This document shows, in pieces, positions 11,482 to 20,572 of a stretch of DNA of 58,385 nucleotides; position 1 is the first letter of the stretch, and each line of letters opens with the position of its first letter. The translations under genes and the position numbers were made by a program. Source of the DNA: Methylocystaceae bacterium (lineage in GTDB: Bacteria > Pseudomonadota > Alphaproteobacteria > Rhizobiales > Beijerinckiaceae); contig RFXM01000001.1 of assembly GCA_009921565.1 (NCBI GenBank), positions 1 to 58,385 of the forward strand, given 5' to 3'. The notes under the pieces were generated by a model. That model was not told where the DNA came from. It did not search any database and saw only the letters and a program-made list of their open reading frames with translations.

Positions 11482-12720
11482 ATGGTTACATTTGACGACT
11501 ATAACGCCATAACCATTAAATTAGACATCCAGACAGCAGCTGCCGGGCCGCTGAAAAATATGACCTTTGCCGTTAAGGAAAATATCGACGTTTATGAGAT
11601 TGTTTCAACAAATGGCCATCCGCTCTGGGCGCAGACGCATCAGAAAGCCCTAGCGCATGCAGAGGTCGTTGATCGCCTTCTACAAGCCGGCGCGCATCTC
11701 ATCGGCAAAACACATATGGATGAGATGGCTTATAGTCTATTGGGCGCCAATGCGCATTTTGGCGCGCCGATCAATCCAACACTGCCGGATCGTCTGCCGG
11801 GAGGTTCTTCTTCGGGATCTGCCGTGACGGTTGCTGCTGGAATAACGGATTTTGCAGTTGGCACGGATACAGGCGGCTCTTGTCGTGCGCCAGCCTCATT
11901 TTGCGGCGTGTTTGGGCTGCGTCCATCCCATCAATCAATTAATATGCGTGGCGTTATTCCAATGTCGCGATCGCTTGATGTCATTGGCTGGTTCACTCGG
12001 GATATCGATCATCTGATAACCATTGCGAAGGTTTTATTGCCAGAAGATAAAACACAAGTCCGCTATGAAGAGGCGGTATTTCTTTCAGAATCTCTTGAGG
12101 ACGCTGACCCCGAATTTAAGGAAATGGCGCAAAGCGCTCTCATGAGATTAAAATGCGGCCCCTGGCGCATGGCGTCGCTCGGCGAAGATTTTTTTGCCCA
12201 AGCGCTCATGCATTTTAGAAACTTGCAAGGCTATGAGGTTTGGTCTGAACATCAGTCTTGGATTCTGACGCATCAGCCTAACTTTGGACCAGGCGTGAGC
12301 GAGCGCTTAAAAATCGCCGCTACAGTTACTAAAGCAGAAAAACTGGCCGCCGAACAATTCATTGCAACCTATCGCTCGGCTATTGACGCTCTCTTTGGCG
12401 ACGCCGGCGCGATCATTATGCCCACGACTCCAGGTCTCGCGCCAAAAATTGATGAAAGCCTCGAGGCGTTAGACCGTTTGCGTTATGCAATGCTTAAATT
12501 TTTTCTTATCGCCAGCCTTTTTGGCTTGCCTCAAATTAGCATTCCAATCAAAAAACGGCAGTGCGCAATTGGCCTTTCCTTTATCGGCCAGCGCGGCAGC
12601 GATCATCAATTACTTTCTTTTGCAAAAAATTTTTGCGCTCAAAACAATATACTGTCTAAAGAACAACAATCGTCTCATCCACAGATCGAACGTCCGTTCT
12701 TCCACAAAAGCCCAGGGTGA
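11482..12720 (+). CDS. Amidase-signature family amidase (short type)
   Basis: Lys-cisSer-Ser triad motifs FAVKEN, PGGSSSGS and GTDTGGSCRAPA. Confidence 0.92.
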   Translation: MVTFDDYNAITIKLDIQTAAAGPLKNMTFAVKENIDVYEIVSTNGHPLWAQTHQKALAHAEVVDRLLQAGAHLIGKTHMDEMAYSLLGANAHFGAPINPTLPDRLPGGSSSGSAVTVAAGITDFAVGTDTGGSCRAPASFCGVFGLRPSHQSINMRGVIPMSRSLDVIGWFTRDIDHLITIAKVLLPEDKTQVRYEEAVFLSESLEDADPEFKEMAQSALMRLKCGPWRMASLGEDFFAQALMHFRNLQGYEVWSEHQSWILTHQPNFGPGVSERLKIAATVTKAEKLAAEQFIATYRSAIDALFGDAGAIIMPTTPGLAPKIDESLEALDRLRYAMLKFFLIASLFGLPQISIPIKKRQCAIGLSFIGQRGSDHQLLSFAKNFCAQNNILSKEQQSSHPQIERPFFHKSPG

Positions 12721-13792
12721 GACTTAATTCACGTTCAATAATCTCAAGACACAGCCGCACGCCTTCTTGTCCCAAAGCTCCCAAACCATAAAGATAAGCG
12801 CGGCCTAATAACACCCCATGCGCCCCAAGCGCTAGCGCACGCAGCACATCTTGTCCGCTACGCACCCCGCCATCAAATAAGAGTTCTGTGTCTGCGCCAA
12901 CAGCCTTCTTGATTTGAGGCAACACAGAAATAGACGATGGCGCTCCATCAAGCTGCCGCCCGCCATGGTTGGAGATGACCAATCCATCTGCGCCTGCATC
13001 AATTGCTTTGCGCGCATCCTCACTATCCATTACTCCTTTAATAATTAACTTTCCTTTCCATAATTTTCGGATCCAAGCGACATCCTCCCAAGTAACGGAA
13101 GGGTCAAATTGAGCGGTCGTCCAGGCGCTTAATGACGCCATATCTTTTACGCCGCTGACATGACCAACAATATTGCCAAACCCACGACGGCGCGTTTGCA
13201 ACATCTCGAGCGCCCAATGGGGCCTGAGGAGCAGATCCAGCATAAACTGCGGCGTTAATTTTGGCGGCGCCGCCAAACCATTTCGTAGATCTTTATGTCG
13301 CTCGCCTAAAATTTGTAAATCCATTGTCACAATTAATACTGTACATTTCGCATCATGCGCGCGCATAATTAATTTTTCAACAAAACTTCGGTCGCGCATT
13401 ATATAAAGCTGGAACCAGAAAGGCTGTCTCACATGTTGCGCTAAATCTTCAATTGAGCAAATACTCATCGTTGAAAGACAAAAAGGGACACCGCTTGCTT
13501 CAGCGGCCCGCGCAGCAAGGATCTCGCCATCGGCGCGCTGAAGTCCGCACATGCCAATCGGCCCTAAAACAACAGGCATAGCGGCGCTTTGGCCAACAAT
13601 TTGCGTGGCGAGATTTCTTTTCTCAATATTTACGCCAATTCTTTGACGAAACTGAATTTTTGAGAGATCTGCGAGATTGGCGCGACTTGTACTCTCCGTC
13701 CAAGATCCGCCTTGCGCATAATCATAAAACATTTTTGGCACGCGTCGACGCGCCAGCGTCTGCAAATCTTCTATCGTTCTGATTAGCGGCAT
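12656..13792 (-). CDS. lldD: FMN-dependent alpha-hydroxy acid oxidase/dehydrogenase (L-lactate dehydrogenase-like)
   Basis: PKMFYDY, WFQLY, SNHGGRQLD and DGGVRSGQD. Confidence 0.88.
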   Translation of the reverse strand: MPLIRTIEDLQTLARRRVPKMFYDYAQGGSWTESTSRANLADLSKIQFRQRIGVNIEKRNLATQIVGQSAAMPVVLGPIGMCGLQRADGEILAARAAEASGVPFCLSTMSICSIEDLAQHVRQPFWFQLYIMRDRSFVEKLIMRAHDAKCTVLIVTMDLQILGERHKDLRNGLAAPPKLTPQFMLDLLLRPHWALEMLQTRRRGFGNIVGHVSGVKDMASLSAWTTAQFDPSVTWEDVAWIRKLWKGKLIIKGVMDSEDARKAIDAGADGLVISNHGGRQLDGAPSSISVLPQIKKAVGADTELLFDGGVRSGQDVLRALALGAHGVLLGRAYLYGLGALGQEGVRLCLEIIERELSLTLGFCGRTDVRSVDETIVVL

Positions 13793-13873
13793 GGAGCCCC
13801 TAGCATGAGATTTTGGACTTTATTCAATCTCAAGATAGTTGCTTTATCGAGACTTGTCTCGCATTCCTCAGCC

Positions 13874-14314
13874 TTAAACGCCTGGGATCGCAGGGCGCTC
13901 AAAAAACTCTTTAATCGCAGCGAGCAAACGATCTCGAACGCCACGGTAGGCGTCGAGAATAGCCTCACGCGACCCATGCGCCGCTGTTGCGTCTGGCGTT
14001 GGCCAATAAACAACCTCTACAGCCCATGAGCGGGAAAATTCTAACGCCTTGTGATGCGCTTCCGGCGAGAGCGTGATGATGAGGTCAAAATTTGAATCAG
14101 CGAGGTCTTCGAAGCTATGGGGATGGTGCCCGCTAATATCTATCCCAAGCTCTTCCATCGCAGCGATCGCAAATCCATCCTCTTCACCGCTTTTAACGCC
14201 TGCGGATGCAAAATAAATTTCGCGGCCAAAATAATGACGCGCAATCGCTTCAGCCATTGGCGATCTGACAGTATTTAACGTGCAGGCGAAGAGGACAGAC
14301 TGCGGACGCGCCAT
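13874..14314 (-). CDS. Low-molecular-weight phosphatase / ArsC-like protein
   Basis: P-loop CTLNTVRS (C-x5-R); conserved position after UPF0262. ATG 14314 preferred. Confidence 0.88.
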   Translation of the reverse strand: MARPQSVLFACTLNTVRSPMAEAIARHYFGREIYFASAGVKSGEEDGFAIAAMEELGIDISGHHPHSFEDLADSNFDLIITLSPEAHHKALEFSRSWAVEVVYWPTPDATAAHGSREAILDAYRGVRDRLLAAIKEFFERPAIPGV

Positions 14315-14322
14315 GCGTGGGC

Positions 14323-14802
14323 CTAGCCCTTCCAATGCAGCGCCGTAATTAGGGTAAAAAGCCTACGCGCTGTATCTTGATCCGTATCAATCTTACCCTT
14401 CAGGCGCTCAAGCAATAATTGAGCTCCCTCATTATGCAGTCCGCGGCGTCCCATATCGATGGCTTCAATCCGGCTTGGCGTAGCATGTCGAATAGCGGCA
14501 TAATAATTTTCGCAAATAAGAAAATAATCCTTCAAGATTCGCCGAAAAGGCGTGAGAGATAAAATATGCGTTACGACTGCTGCGCCTTCGACATTTTTGA
14601 TTTCAAAAACAAGTTTCGCGTCTACTAGAGCTATATTTAATGCATAAGGGCCAGAATCTTGGCCATTCAGCGCAAAATAATTATTTTCAATCAAATCATA
14701 CACGGCGATCGTGCGTTCATGCTCCTGATCCGCCGAACCGCGACCAATCGATTTTTCATCGAGCGTTAAAGAAGCCAGACGATGATTGTTGGCTTGCTCC
14801 AC
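14323..14802 (-). CDS. UPF0262 family protein
   Basis: [14 protein letters not shown] and [18 protein letters not shown] 14802 just after the hisD stop is preferred over the overlapping track start. Confidence 0.9.
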   Translation of the reverse strand: MEQANNHRLASLTLDEKSIGRGSADQEHERTIAVYDLIENNYFALNGQDSGPYALNIALVDAKLVFEIKNVEGAAVVTHILSLTPFRRILKDYFLICENYYAAIRHATPSRIEAIDMGRRGLHNEGAQLLLERLKGKIDTDQDTARRLFTLITALHWKG

Positions 14803-14806
14803 GCTC

Positions 14807-16108
14807 TCAGCCCCCGGATTGATTAAGGCGGATAGAAACAGATCGCGCATGCGCCTGAAGTCCCTCAGCCTCCCCGAGCGTAACCGCCGCCGATCCAATT
14901 TTGCGGAGCGACTGCGCATCGCACTTCAAAATCGACGTGCGTTTAAGAAAATCTAAAACGCTTAAGCCAGATGAAAAACGCGCTGAACGCGCTGTTGGCA
15001 GAACATGGTTGCTGCCGCCAACGTAATCGCCAATAGCCTCAGGCGTATAACCGCCAATGAAAATAGCGCCAGCATTCGAAACTTTTCCTGCAAGCTCTTC
15101 CGCATCTTCACTAATAATTTCCAGATGCTCAGCTGCGATGCGATTAGCCAAGCTAATTGACTCACTTAAGCGTTTAACAAGAATAATCGCGCCAAAATCT
15201 TTCCATGACGCGCTGGCGATCTTCTGACGCGAAAGCGTTTTAAGTTGGCTTTCAACCGATTCAACAACGGCTTGCGCTAAAGCGGGGCTGTCGGTGATTA
15301 AAATCGACTGCGCCGACTCGTCATGCTCTGCTTGCGCGAGCAGGTCTGCGGCGATCCAATTTGGATTTGCCGTTTGATCCGCCAAAATGAGCACTTCTGA
15401 CGGCCCCGCAATCATATCAATCCCAACTTGACCAAAGACACGACGCTTGGCGGCCGCAACCCAAGCGTTGCCAGGTCCAACAATCTTGACCACAGGCGCG
15501 ATCGTCTGGGTGCCGTAGGCTAAGGCCGCAACCGCTTGCGCGCCGCCCACACGATAAATTTCATCAATGCCCGATCGCTTGGCTGCGGCAAGCACCAAGG
15601 GCTCAACCTGACCGCGAGGGGTGGGCACAACCATGACAATCCGGGAGACGCCTGCGACCTTCGCCGGCACGACATTCATCAATACGGAAGAAGGATATGC
15701 GGCGGTGCCGCCAGGAACATACAGCCCAACAGAATCGAGCGGCGTCCATCGCCAGCCAAGCTCAACTCCTTCAGGATCCGTAAATCGAAGATCTTGCGGC
15801 CGTTGGCGTTCATGGAAGGCTGTGATGCGCTCTAGCGCCAAATCAAGCGCCGCCAATTGTTCTCTAGAGCACTTATTCTCTGCAGCGGCGACTTCCGCTG
15901 CGGACACAGCAATCCCTGTTTGCGTCAAGTCAATATGATCAAACCGCGCGGAATAGTCTGCCAGCGCCGCATCGCCGCGCACAATAACATCTTCAATAAT
16001 CGCGCGCACGGTGGCGTCAACATCTGGCGCAGATTCACGCTTCATCGCAAGCAAGTCAACAAAGCGCTGCTCAAAATCTGGGGCGGCGGCGTCTAAACGC
16101 AAAGTCAT
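14807..16108 (-). CDS. hisD: Histidinol dehydrogenase
   Basis: [25 protein letters not shown] and GSNHVLPT; GGAG SD before ATG 16108. Confidence 0.98.
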   Translation of the reverse strand: MTLRLDAAAPDFEQRFVDLLAMKRESAPDVDATVRAIIEDVIVRGDAALADYSARFDHIDLTQTGIAVSAAEVAAAENKCSREQLAALDLALERITAFHERQRPQDLRFTDPEGVELGWRWTPLDSVGLYVPGGTAAYPSSVLMNVVPAKVAGVSRIVMVVPTPRGQVEPLVLAAAKRSGIDEIYRVGGAQAVAALAYGTQTIAPVVKIVGPGNAWVAAAKRRVFGQVGIDMIAGPSEVLILADQTANPNWIAADLLAQAEHDESAQSILITDSPALAQAVVESVESQLKTLSRQKIASASWKDFGAIILVKRLSESISLANRIAAEHLEIISEDAEELAGKVSNAGAIFIGGYTPEAIGDYVGGSNHVLPTARSARFSSGLSVLDFLKRTSILKCDAQSLRKIGSAAVTLGEAEGLQAHARSVSIRLNQSGG

Positions 16109-16136
16109 ATTTTTCTCCAACCGAATTTAGCGGTTG

Positions 16137-16631
16137 TCATGACCTTCCCTTTGGCTCTTCGTCAAGACCGACATCAAGATTGTGCTGCGGTCCTGCATCG
16201 ACGCGCCAACGCGGGCCAATATCGCGCATCTGCGCCTCAATACACTCAACCTGAAGCTCGATCTCTGGACCGCCGGCGAAAATCAGGCGGATAACGCCCG
16301 AAGGCGGGGCCTCTTTAATCGGCTCAAAAGTGACCGCTAACAAGGCCAAAACCTGTTCACTCTGATCAAGATCAAGCTGGAGGCGCCTTACACTAATGAC
16401 ACTGTCAAAATGTAGACCTGTTTGGCGGCGCTCGCGACGCCCCTCTCGCTCAGCAAAGCGATCGAACCGGGCGCAAATAAGCGCAAATCGGCGTTGTTTG
16501 GGCAAATAAGCAAGATCCTTGACGCGGATTAATGCATCCTGCGCATGGGCAGAAATAAACGCGAGATCCTCTTCGTCTACTGCATGCAACCCAAGATTTT
16601 GCTCAGCGCCAGCCGATGGGTTTTGGACCAT
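16137..16631 (-). CDS. DUF2948 family protein
   Basis: DEEDLAFISAHAQDA and IELQVECIEAQMRD; typical position before hisD; AGGAG SD before ATG 16631. Confidence 0.85.
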   Translation of the reverse strand: MVQNPSAGAEQNLGLHAVDEEDLAFISAHAQDALIRVKDLAYLPKQRRFALICARFDRFAEREGRRERRQTGLHFDSVISVRRLQLDLDQSEQVLALLAVTFEPIKEAPPSGVIRLIFAGGPEIELQVECIEAQMRDIGPRWRVDAGPQHNLDVGLDEEPKGRS

Positions 16632-16696
16632 GTTAAGAACTCCTGCACCCAAAATAGCTAGGAGCGCGAGATTGCGCCTCTCTCCATTTTGTAAGA

Positions 16697-17989
16697 TTAA
16701 TCTTGAAATGGATTATGCACGAGTATGGTGTCGTCCCGTTCAGGACTTGTCGATAACAACGCTACTGGAGCCTCAATCAGCTCCTCAATTCGCCGAACAT
16801 ATTTGATCGCTTGCGCCGGCAGATCCGCCCAAGAGCGCGCGCCACTCGTCGTTTCTTGCCATCCAGGAAAACTCTCATAGACCGGCTGCACGCGCGCTTG
16901 CGCGGCCTGCGAGGCGGGCAAGCGTTCAATACGCTGACCGTCAAGCAGATAATGGGTGCAAATCTTGATTTCTTTGAAGCCATCAAGAATATCCAACTTC
17001 GTCAATGCTACGCCGTTGATGCCCGACGTTTTAACCGCCTGCCGGGCTAATACCGCATCAAACCAACCACAACGGCGACGTCGACCAGTATTCGTGCCAA
17101 ATTCATGTCCGCGATCGCCGATTAAAGCGCCAATTTCGTCATTGAGTTCTGTTGGAAATGGTCCGCCGCCCACTCGCGTCGTGTAAGCTTTAGCGATGCC
17201 CAGCACATATCCAATGGCGCCTGGACCAAGCCCTGAACCGCTTGCAGCCGATGCGGCGACAGTGTTGGAGGAAGTCACATAGGGATATGTGCCATGATCA
17301 ACGTCTAGCAAAACGCCCTGAGCCCCTTCAAATAAAATACGCTTGCCAGAGCGACGCTGCGCATCCAGCAAATCCCAAACCGCATCCATGAAAGGTAAAA
17401 TTTTAGGGCTAATACTCATCAACTCATCGTAAAGCGTTTTTGGCTTTACTTCTGTCAGCCCCAAACCAGATCGCAATGGATTGTGATGCGCGAGCACGCG
17501 CGCAATTTTGTCGTTCAACGTATCGGGTTCCGCAAGATCCATCAGTCGAATAGATCGACGACCAACCTTATCTTCGTAAGCAGGTCCAATACCGCGCTTA
17601 GTTGTTCCAATCTTAGCGCCGCCACCCGCTTCTTCTCGATGCGCGTCTAGCTCACGATGCAACGATAAAATTAATGGCGCATTTTCAGCGACTTTCAAAT
17701 TATCAGGCGTGATGTCGACGCCCTGCGCGCGTAATCGCTCTATCTCTGCAATTAGAAAATGTGGATCAACGACGACGCCATTGCCAATCACAGAAAGTTT
17801 ACCGCGCCGAACAATTCCAGAAGGCAGCAAGGCGAGCTTATACGTCACGCCATCTATGACTAACGTATGGCCAGCATTATGGCCGCCTTGGAAGCGGACG
17901 ACGACGTCAGCTTCCAGCGACAGCCAATCAACAATTTTACCCTTACCTTCGTCGCCCCACTGAGCGCCGACCACCGCGACATTCGCCAT
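16697..17989 (-). CDS. purA: Adenylosuccinate synthetase
   Basis: [30 protein letters not shown] and [11 protein letters not shown]. Confidence 0.99.
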   Translation of the reverse strand: MANVAVVGAQWGDEGKGKIVDWLSLEADVVVRFQGGHNAGHTLVIDGVTYKLALLPSGIVRRGKLSVIGNGVVVDPHFLIAEIERLRAQGVDITPDNLKVAENAPLILSLHRELDAHREEAGGGAKIGTTKRGIGPAYEDKVGRRSIRLMDLAEPDTLNDKIARVLAHHNPLRSGLGLTEVKPKTLYDELMSISPKILPFMDAVWDLLDAQRRSGKRILFEGAQGVLLDVDHGTYPYVTSSNTVAASAASGSGLGPGAIGYVLGIAKAYTTRVGGGPFPTELNDEIGALIGDRGHEFGTNTGRRRRCGWFDAVLARQAVKTSGINGVALTKLDILDGFKEIKICTHYLLDGQRIERLPASQAAQARVQPVYESFPGWQETTSGARSWADLPAQAIKYVRRIEELIEAPVALLSTSPERDDTILVHNPFQD

Positions 17990-18005
17990 GGCTCATCAAC
18001 TTCTC

Positions 18006-18043
18006 AAAAAAAGAAAAAGCCCTACGCAGTAACGCGAAGGGCT
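18006..18043 (-). terminator. Intrinsic terminator-like hairpin immediately upstream of purA (possible attenuator)
   Basis: Minus strand reads AGCCCTTCGC-GTTACT-GCGTAGGGCT followed by TTTTCTTTTTTT, ending 16 nt before the purA ATG. Confidence 0.7.
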
Positions 18044-18104
18044 GGTTACGCTCAGTGTCTAGCGCAGGATCGCCGGGCGGTAAAGACCAAGTTCTAGCGA
18101 CGGG

Positions 18105-18587
18105 TTAACCTGCGCGATGATAGGGATGACCACTGAGAATGGTCATGGCGCGATAGATTTGCTCAGCGGCTAGAATACGAACCAATTGATGCGGCAACGT
18201 CATCGCGCCGAATGAAAAAATAGCCTGAGCGCGAGTTCGAAGTCTTGGCGCAAGACCTTCCGAGCCGCCAATAGCGCACCAAAGCGCTTTTCGTCCGTTA
18301 TCGCGCTCTTTTTTGATAAAATCAGCAAAGTTGAGACTATCCGCCGCCAAGCCAGTTTCATCAAACAGCACTAAAGCTGCGTCTTGCGGTAAAAAGGACA
18401 AAATATCTTCCGCCTCCTGCGCCATGCGCTCGGCGGGAAGCTTGGCCCTGCTCTCTTCTATCTCTCTTAATTCAAGGCCTTCAAGTCCAAGGCGTCTCAG
18501 AGCCGCTATCCGCTCGCTATAGCGCTGATAAAGTTCGCGCTCGGGTCCCGCCTTTAGCCGACCGATACAGATTAACCCTAAACGCAT
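18105..18587 (-). CDS. rlmH: 23S rRNA pseudouridine-1915 N3-methyltransferase
   Basis: IGGSEGL, MTLPHQLVRILAAEQIYRA and GHPYHR. Confidence 0.96.
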   Translation of the reverse strand: MRLGLICIGRLKAGPERELYQRYSERIAALRRLGLEGLELREIEESRAKLPAERMAQEAEDILSFLPQDAALVLFDETGLAADSLNFADFIKKERDNGRKALWCAIGGSEGLAPRLRTRAQAIFSFGAMTLPHQLVRILAAEQIYRAMTILSGHPYHRAG

Positions 18588-18605
18588 CGAGCAAGATCTC
18601 TCAAA

Positions 18606-19016
18606 TCAGAGACCGCGCGGCTCCTGCGGTCGATCACCGCTCCACATCTTTTCAAGATTGTAGAATTGCCGCACTTCTGGACGAAACACATGAATGATGA
18701 CATCGCCGGCATCGATCAAAACCCAGTCGCATTGCGGCAGGCCCTCGACCCGAGGAGCGCTCACGCCCGAAGCTTTGCAAGCTTTTATCGCCTTGTCCGC
18801 GATAGAGCCTACATGCGTCGTCGATCTTCCCGTCGTAATAATCATTTGGTCAGCGAGCGCTGTCTTACCACGCAAGTCGATAGAGATAATGTCCTCGGCT
18901 TTCGCGTCTTCGAGACTGGATAATATATTTTGCAAAATCGTCCCTGGTCGAGACGGTTGTGATCCGTCATCTGATTGAGGCGCTGTCTGAGCTGCTGATA
19001 AAATTGGCGTCGACAG
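18606..19016 (-). CDS. rsfS: Ribosome silencing factor (iojap), probable CTG start
   Basis: LEDAKAEDI, DWVLIDAGDVIIHVF and FYNLEKMW. Frame is open up to CTG at 19016, preceded by an AGAGGG SD. Start is inferred. Confidence 0.93.
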   Translation of the reverse strand: MSTPILSAAQTAPQSDDGSQPSRPGTILQNILSSLEDAKAEDIISIDLRGKTALADQMIITTGRSTTHVGSIADKAIKACKASGVSAPRVEGLPQCDWVLIDAGDVIIHVFRPEVRQFYNLEKMWSGDRPQEPRGL

Positions 19017-19132
19017 CGTTTAGACCCTCTAGCTGCACAGTCGTCATCGCATGATCGCGCGACCGCAGGGTTAGGATGAGACGCTTTAGCAAAGATTGCA
19101 ATAGAGCGGTCAAATGAGGCGGGCCAGACATG

Positions 19133-19210
19133 AAAAAAACCCGGCATGCGGCCGGGTTGGAGAGGCGGTTCAGGCTAATCGAGAGGCGGGAGGAACCTCA
19201 AAGGCTGAAC
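19133..19210 (-). ncRNA. Putative ~78-nt sRNA with an anti-SD loop (alpha-r8/suhB/MmgR-like architecture)
   Basis: Stem GUUCAG/CUGAAC encloses GAGG-UUCCUCCCG-CCUC, followed by a CU-rich linker and terminator CCCGGC-CGCAU-GCCGGG-U7. A -10 TATAGT lies 6 nt upstream. Confidence 0.75.
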
Positions 19211-19466
19211 AAGCGGACTATAGCAGATTTTGCCCCATAACGCCCAAGCTTAATTTTGACCTAAATCATTTACTATCTAATAGTTTTAGATTTAGGTAAG
19301 TTTGTTGATCCAAGATTTATGATAATCTCAAATAATTTCATTGAGTTATAAGTTCAGGCGGCGATGCGCAAGGCTGCGCGCCCTCAATCGCGCAAGATTG
19401 ATAAAATCCTCGCCAGAGCGCCTAATCAGGCCCCCCCGACATTAGAAAACGCGCAAAAATGCCGAA

Positions 19467-20438
19467 TCAAGGGATGAGCGCCAAGGCTCCCGAGGTGGTC
19501 CGCGCCTCTAAAGCCGCATGCACGCCGCGGGCGTCCGATAGCGGATAACAATCGGGAGGCTGAATTTTCAAATCGCCCCGTTTGATTGCCTTAAGCAAAT
19601 CTTGCGTCATAGCTTCATAGTCCTTGCGGCGCGCAATATAATCAAAGAGCGATGGACGCGTTGCATAAAGCGATCCTTTCTGCGTGAGCAGACCTAGTTC
19701 GAAAGCGGAAATTGGCCCCGAAGCGGAACCGAAGCTGACAAATAAACCAAAGGGCTTTAAACAATCGAGCGAGGCGGGAAAAGTCGCCTGGCCAACGCCG
19801 TCATAAACAACATCGCAGAGTTTTCCTTTCGTGAGTTCCCGAACGGACTGCACAAAATCTTCTTCTCGATACAAAATGACATGATGCGCGCCCGCAGCAA
19901 GCGCAAGCTGACCCTTTTCTGCAGATCCAACTGTCGCAATAACTTTAGCGCCTAACGCACGCGCCCACTGGCACAAAAGCTGTCCAGTTCCGCCTGCGCC
20001 AGCATGGATAAGGATGCAGTGTCCTTTTTTTACGCGAAAGGTGCGCCGCAGGAGATATTGCGCCGTCAATCCTTTCAGCATCATTGCCGCGCCTTGATCA
20101 AAGGAAAGTGATTTTGGCAAATGAATCACTGACGCCGCATCGATGTTGCGCGCTTCGCTATACCCTCCCAACGCGCCGATATAAGCGACACGCTCGCCAA
20201 TTTTAAATCCCTTGACCCCCTCCCCTACAGCAAGCACTTCACCGGCGCCTTCATGCCCCGGAATGAAGGGATAGCTCGCAGGGTAAGCGCCTGTGCGACG
20301 ATAAATATCAATAAAATTTACCCCGATCGCGCGATGGCGGATTTGCACCTCGCCTGGAGCCGGCGCAGCGAGAGACACCTCTTCATACCTTAGCTCTTCC
20401 ACGCCGCCGGGCTGATGCACACGGATCGCCTTAACCAT
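19467..20438 (-). CDS. qor: NADPH:quinone oxidoreductase (zeta-crystallin/MDR family)
   Basis: IGVNFIDIY, PGHEGAG, AAMMLKGLTA and KGSLYATRPSL; GGGAG SD before ATG 20438. Confidence 0.92.
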   Translation of the reverse strand: MVKAIRVHQPGGVEELRYEEVSLAAPAPGEVQIRHRAIGVNFIDIYRRTGAYPASYPFIPGHEGAGEVLAVGEGVKGFKIGERVAYIGALGGYSEARNIDAASVIHLPKSLSFDQGAAMMLKGLTAQYLLRRTFRVKKGHCILIHAGAGGTGQLLCQWARALGAKVIATVGSAEKGQLALAAGAHHVILYREEDFVQSVRELTKGKLCDVVYDGVGQATFPASLDCLKPFGLFVSFGSASGPISAFELGLLTQKGSLYATRPSLFDYIARRKDYEAMTQDLLKAIKRGDLKIQPPDCYPLSDARGVHAALEARTTSGALALIP

Positions 20439-20521
20439 CGCCGTCTCCCTCATTTTTTAGTGTGTTAGGCATAATTTATAATCCTCAAAAAACAAATCCG
20501 GCAGATCAGGACAATCTTGAC

Positions 20522-20550
20522 TTCAAGTGCTGTGCTGAGAGGTCTATAAC
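20522..20550 (+). promoter_or_regulatory. Candidate sigma70 promoter of the UbiH-family gene
   Basis: TTCAAG-N17-TATAAC. Confidence 0.5.
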
Positions 20551-20572
20551 AAGCGCGCAACAGGAGAATGCA

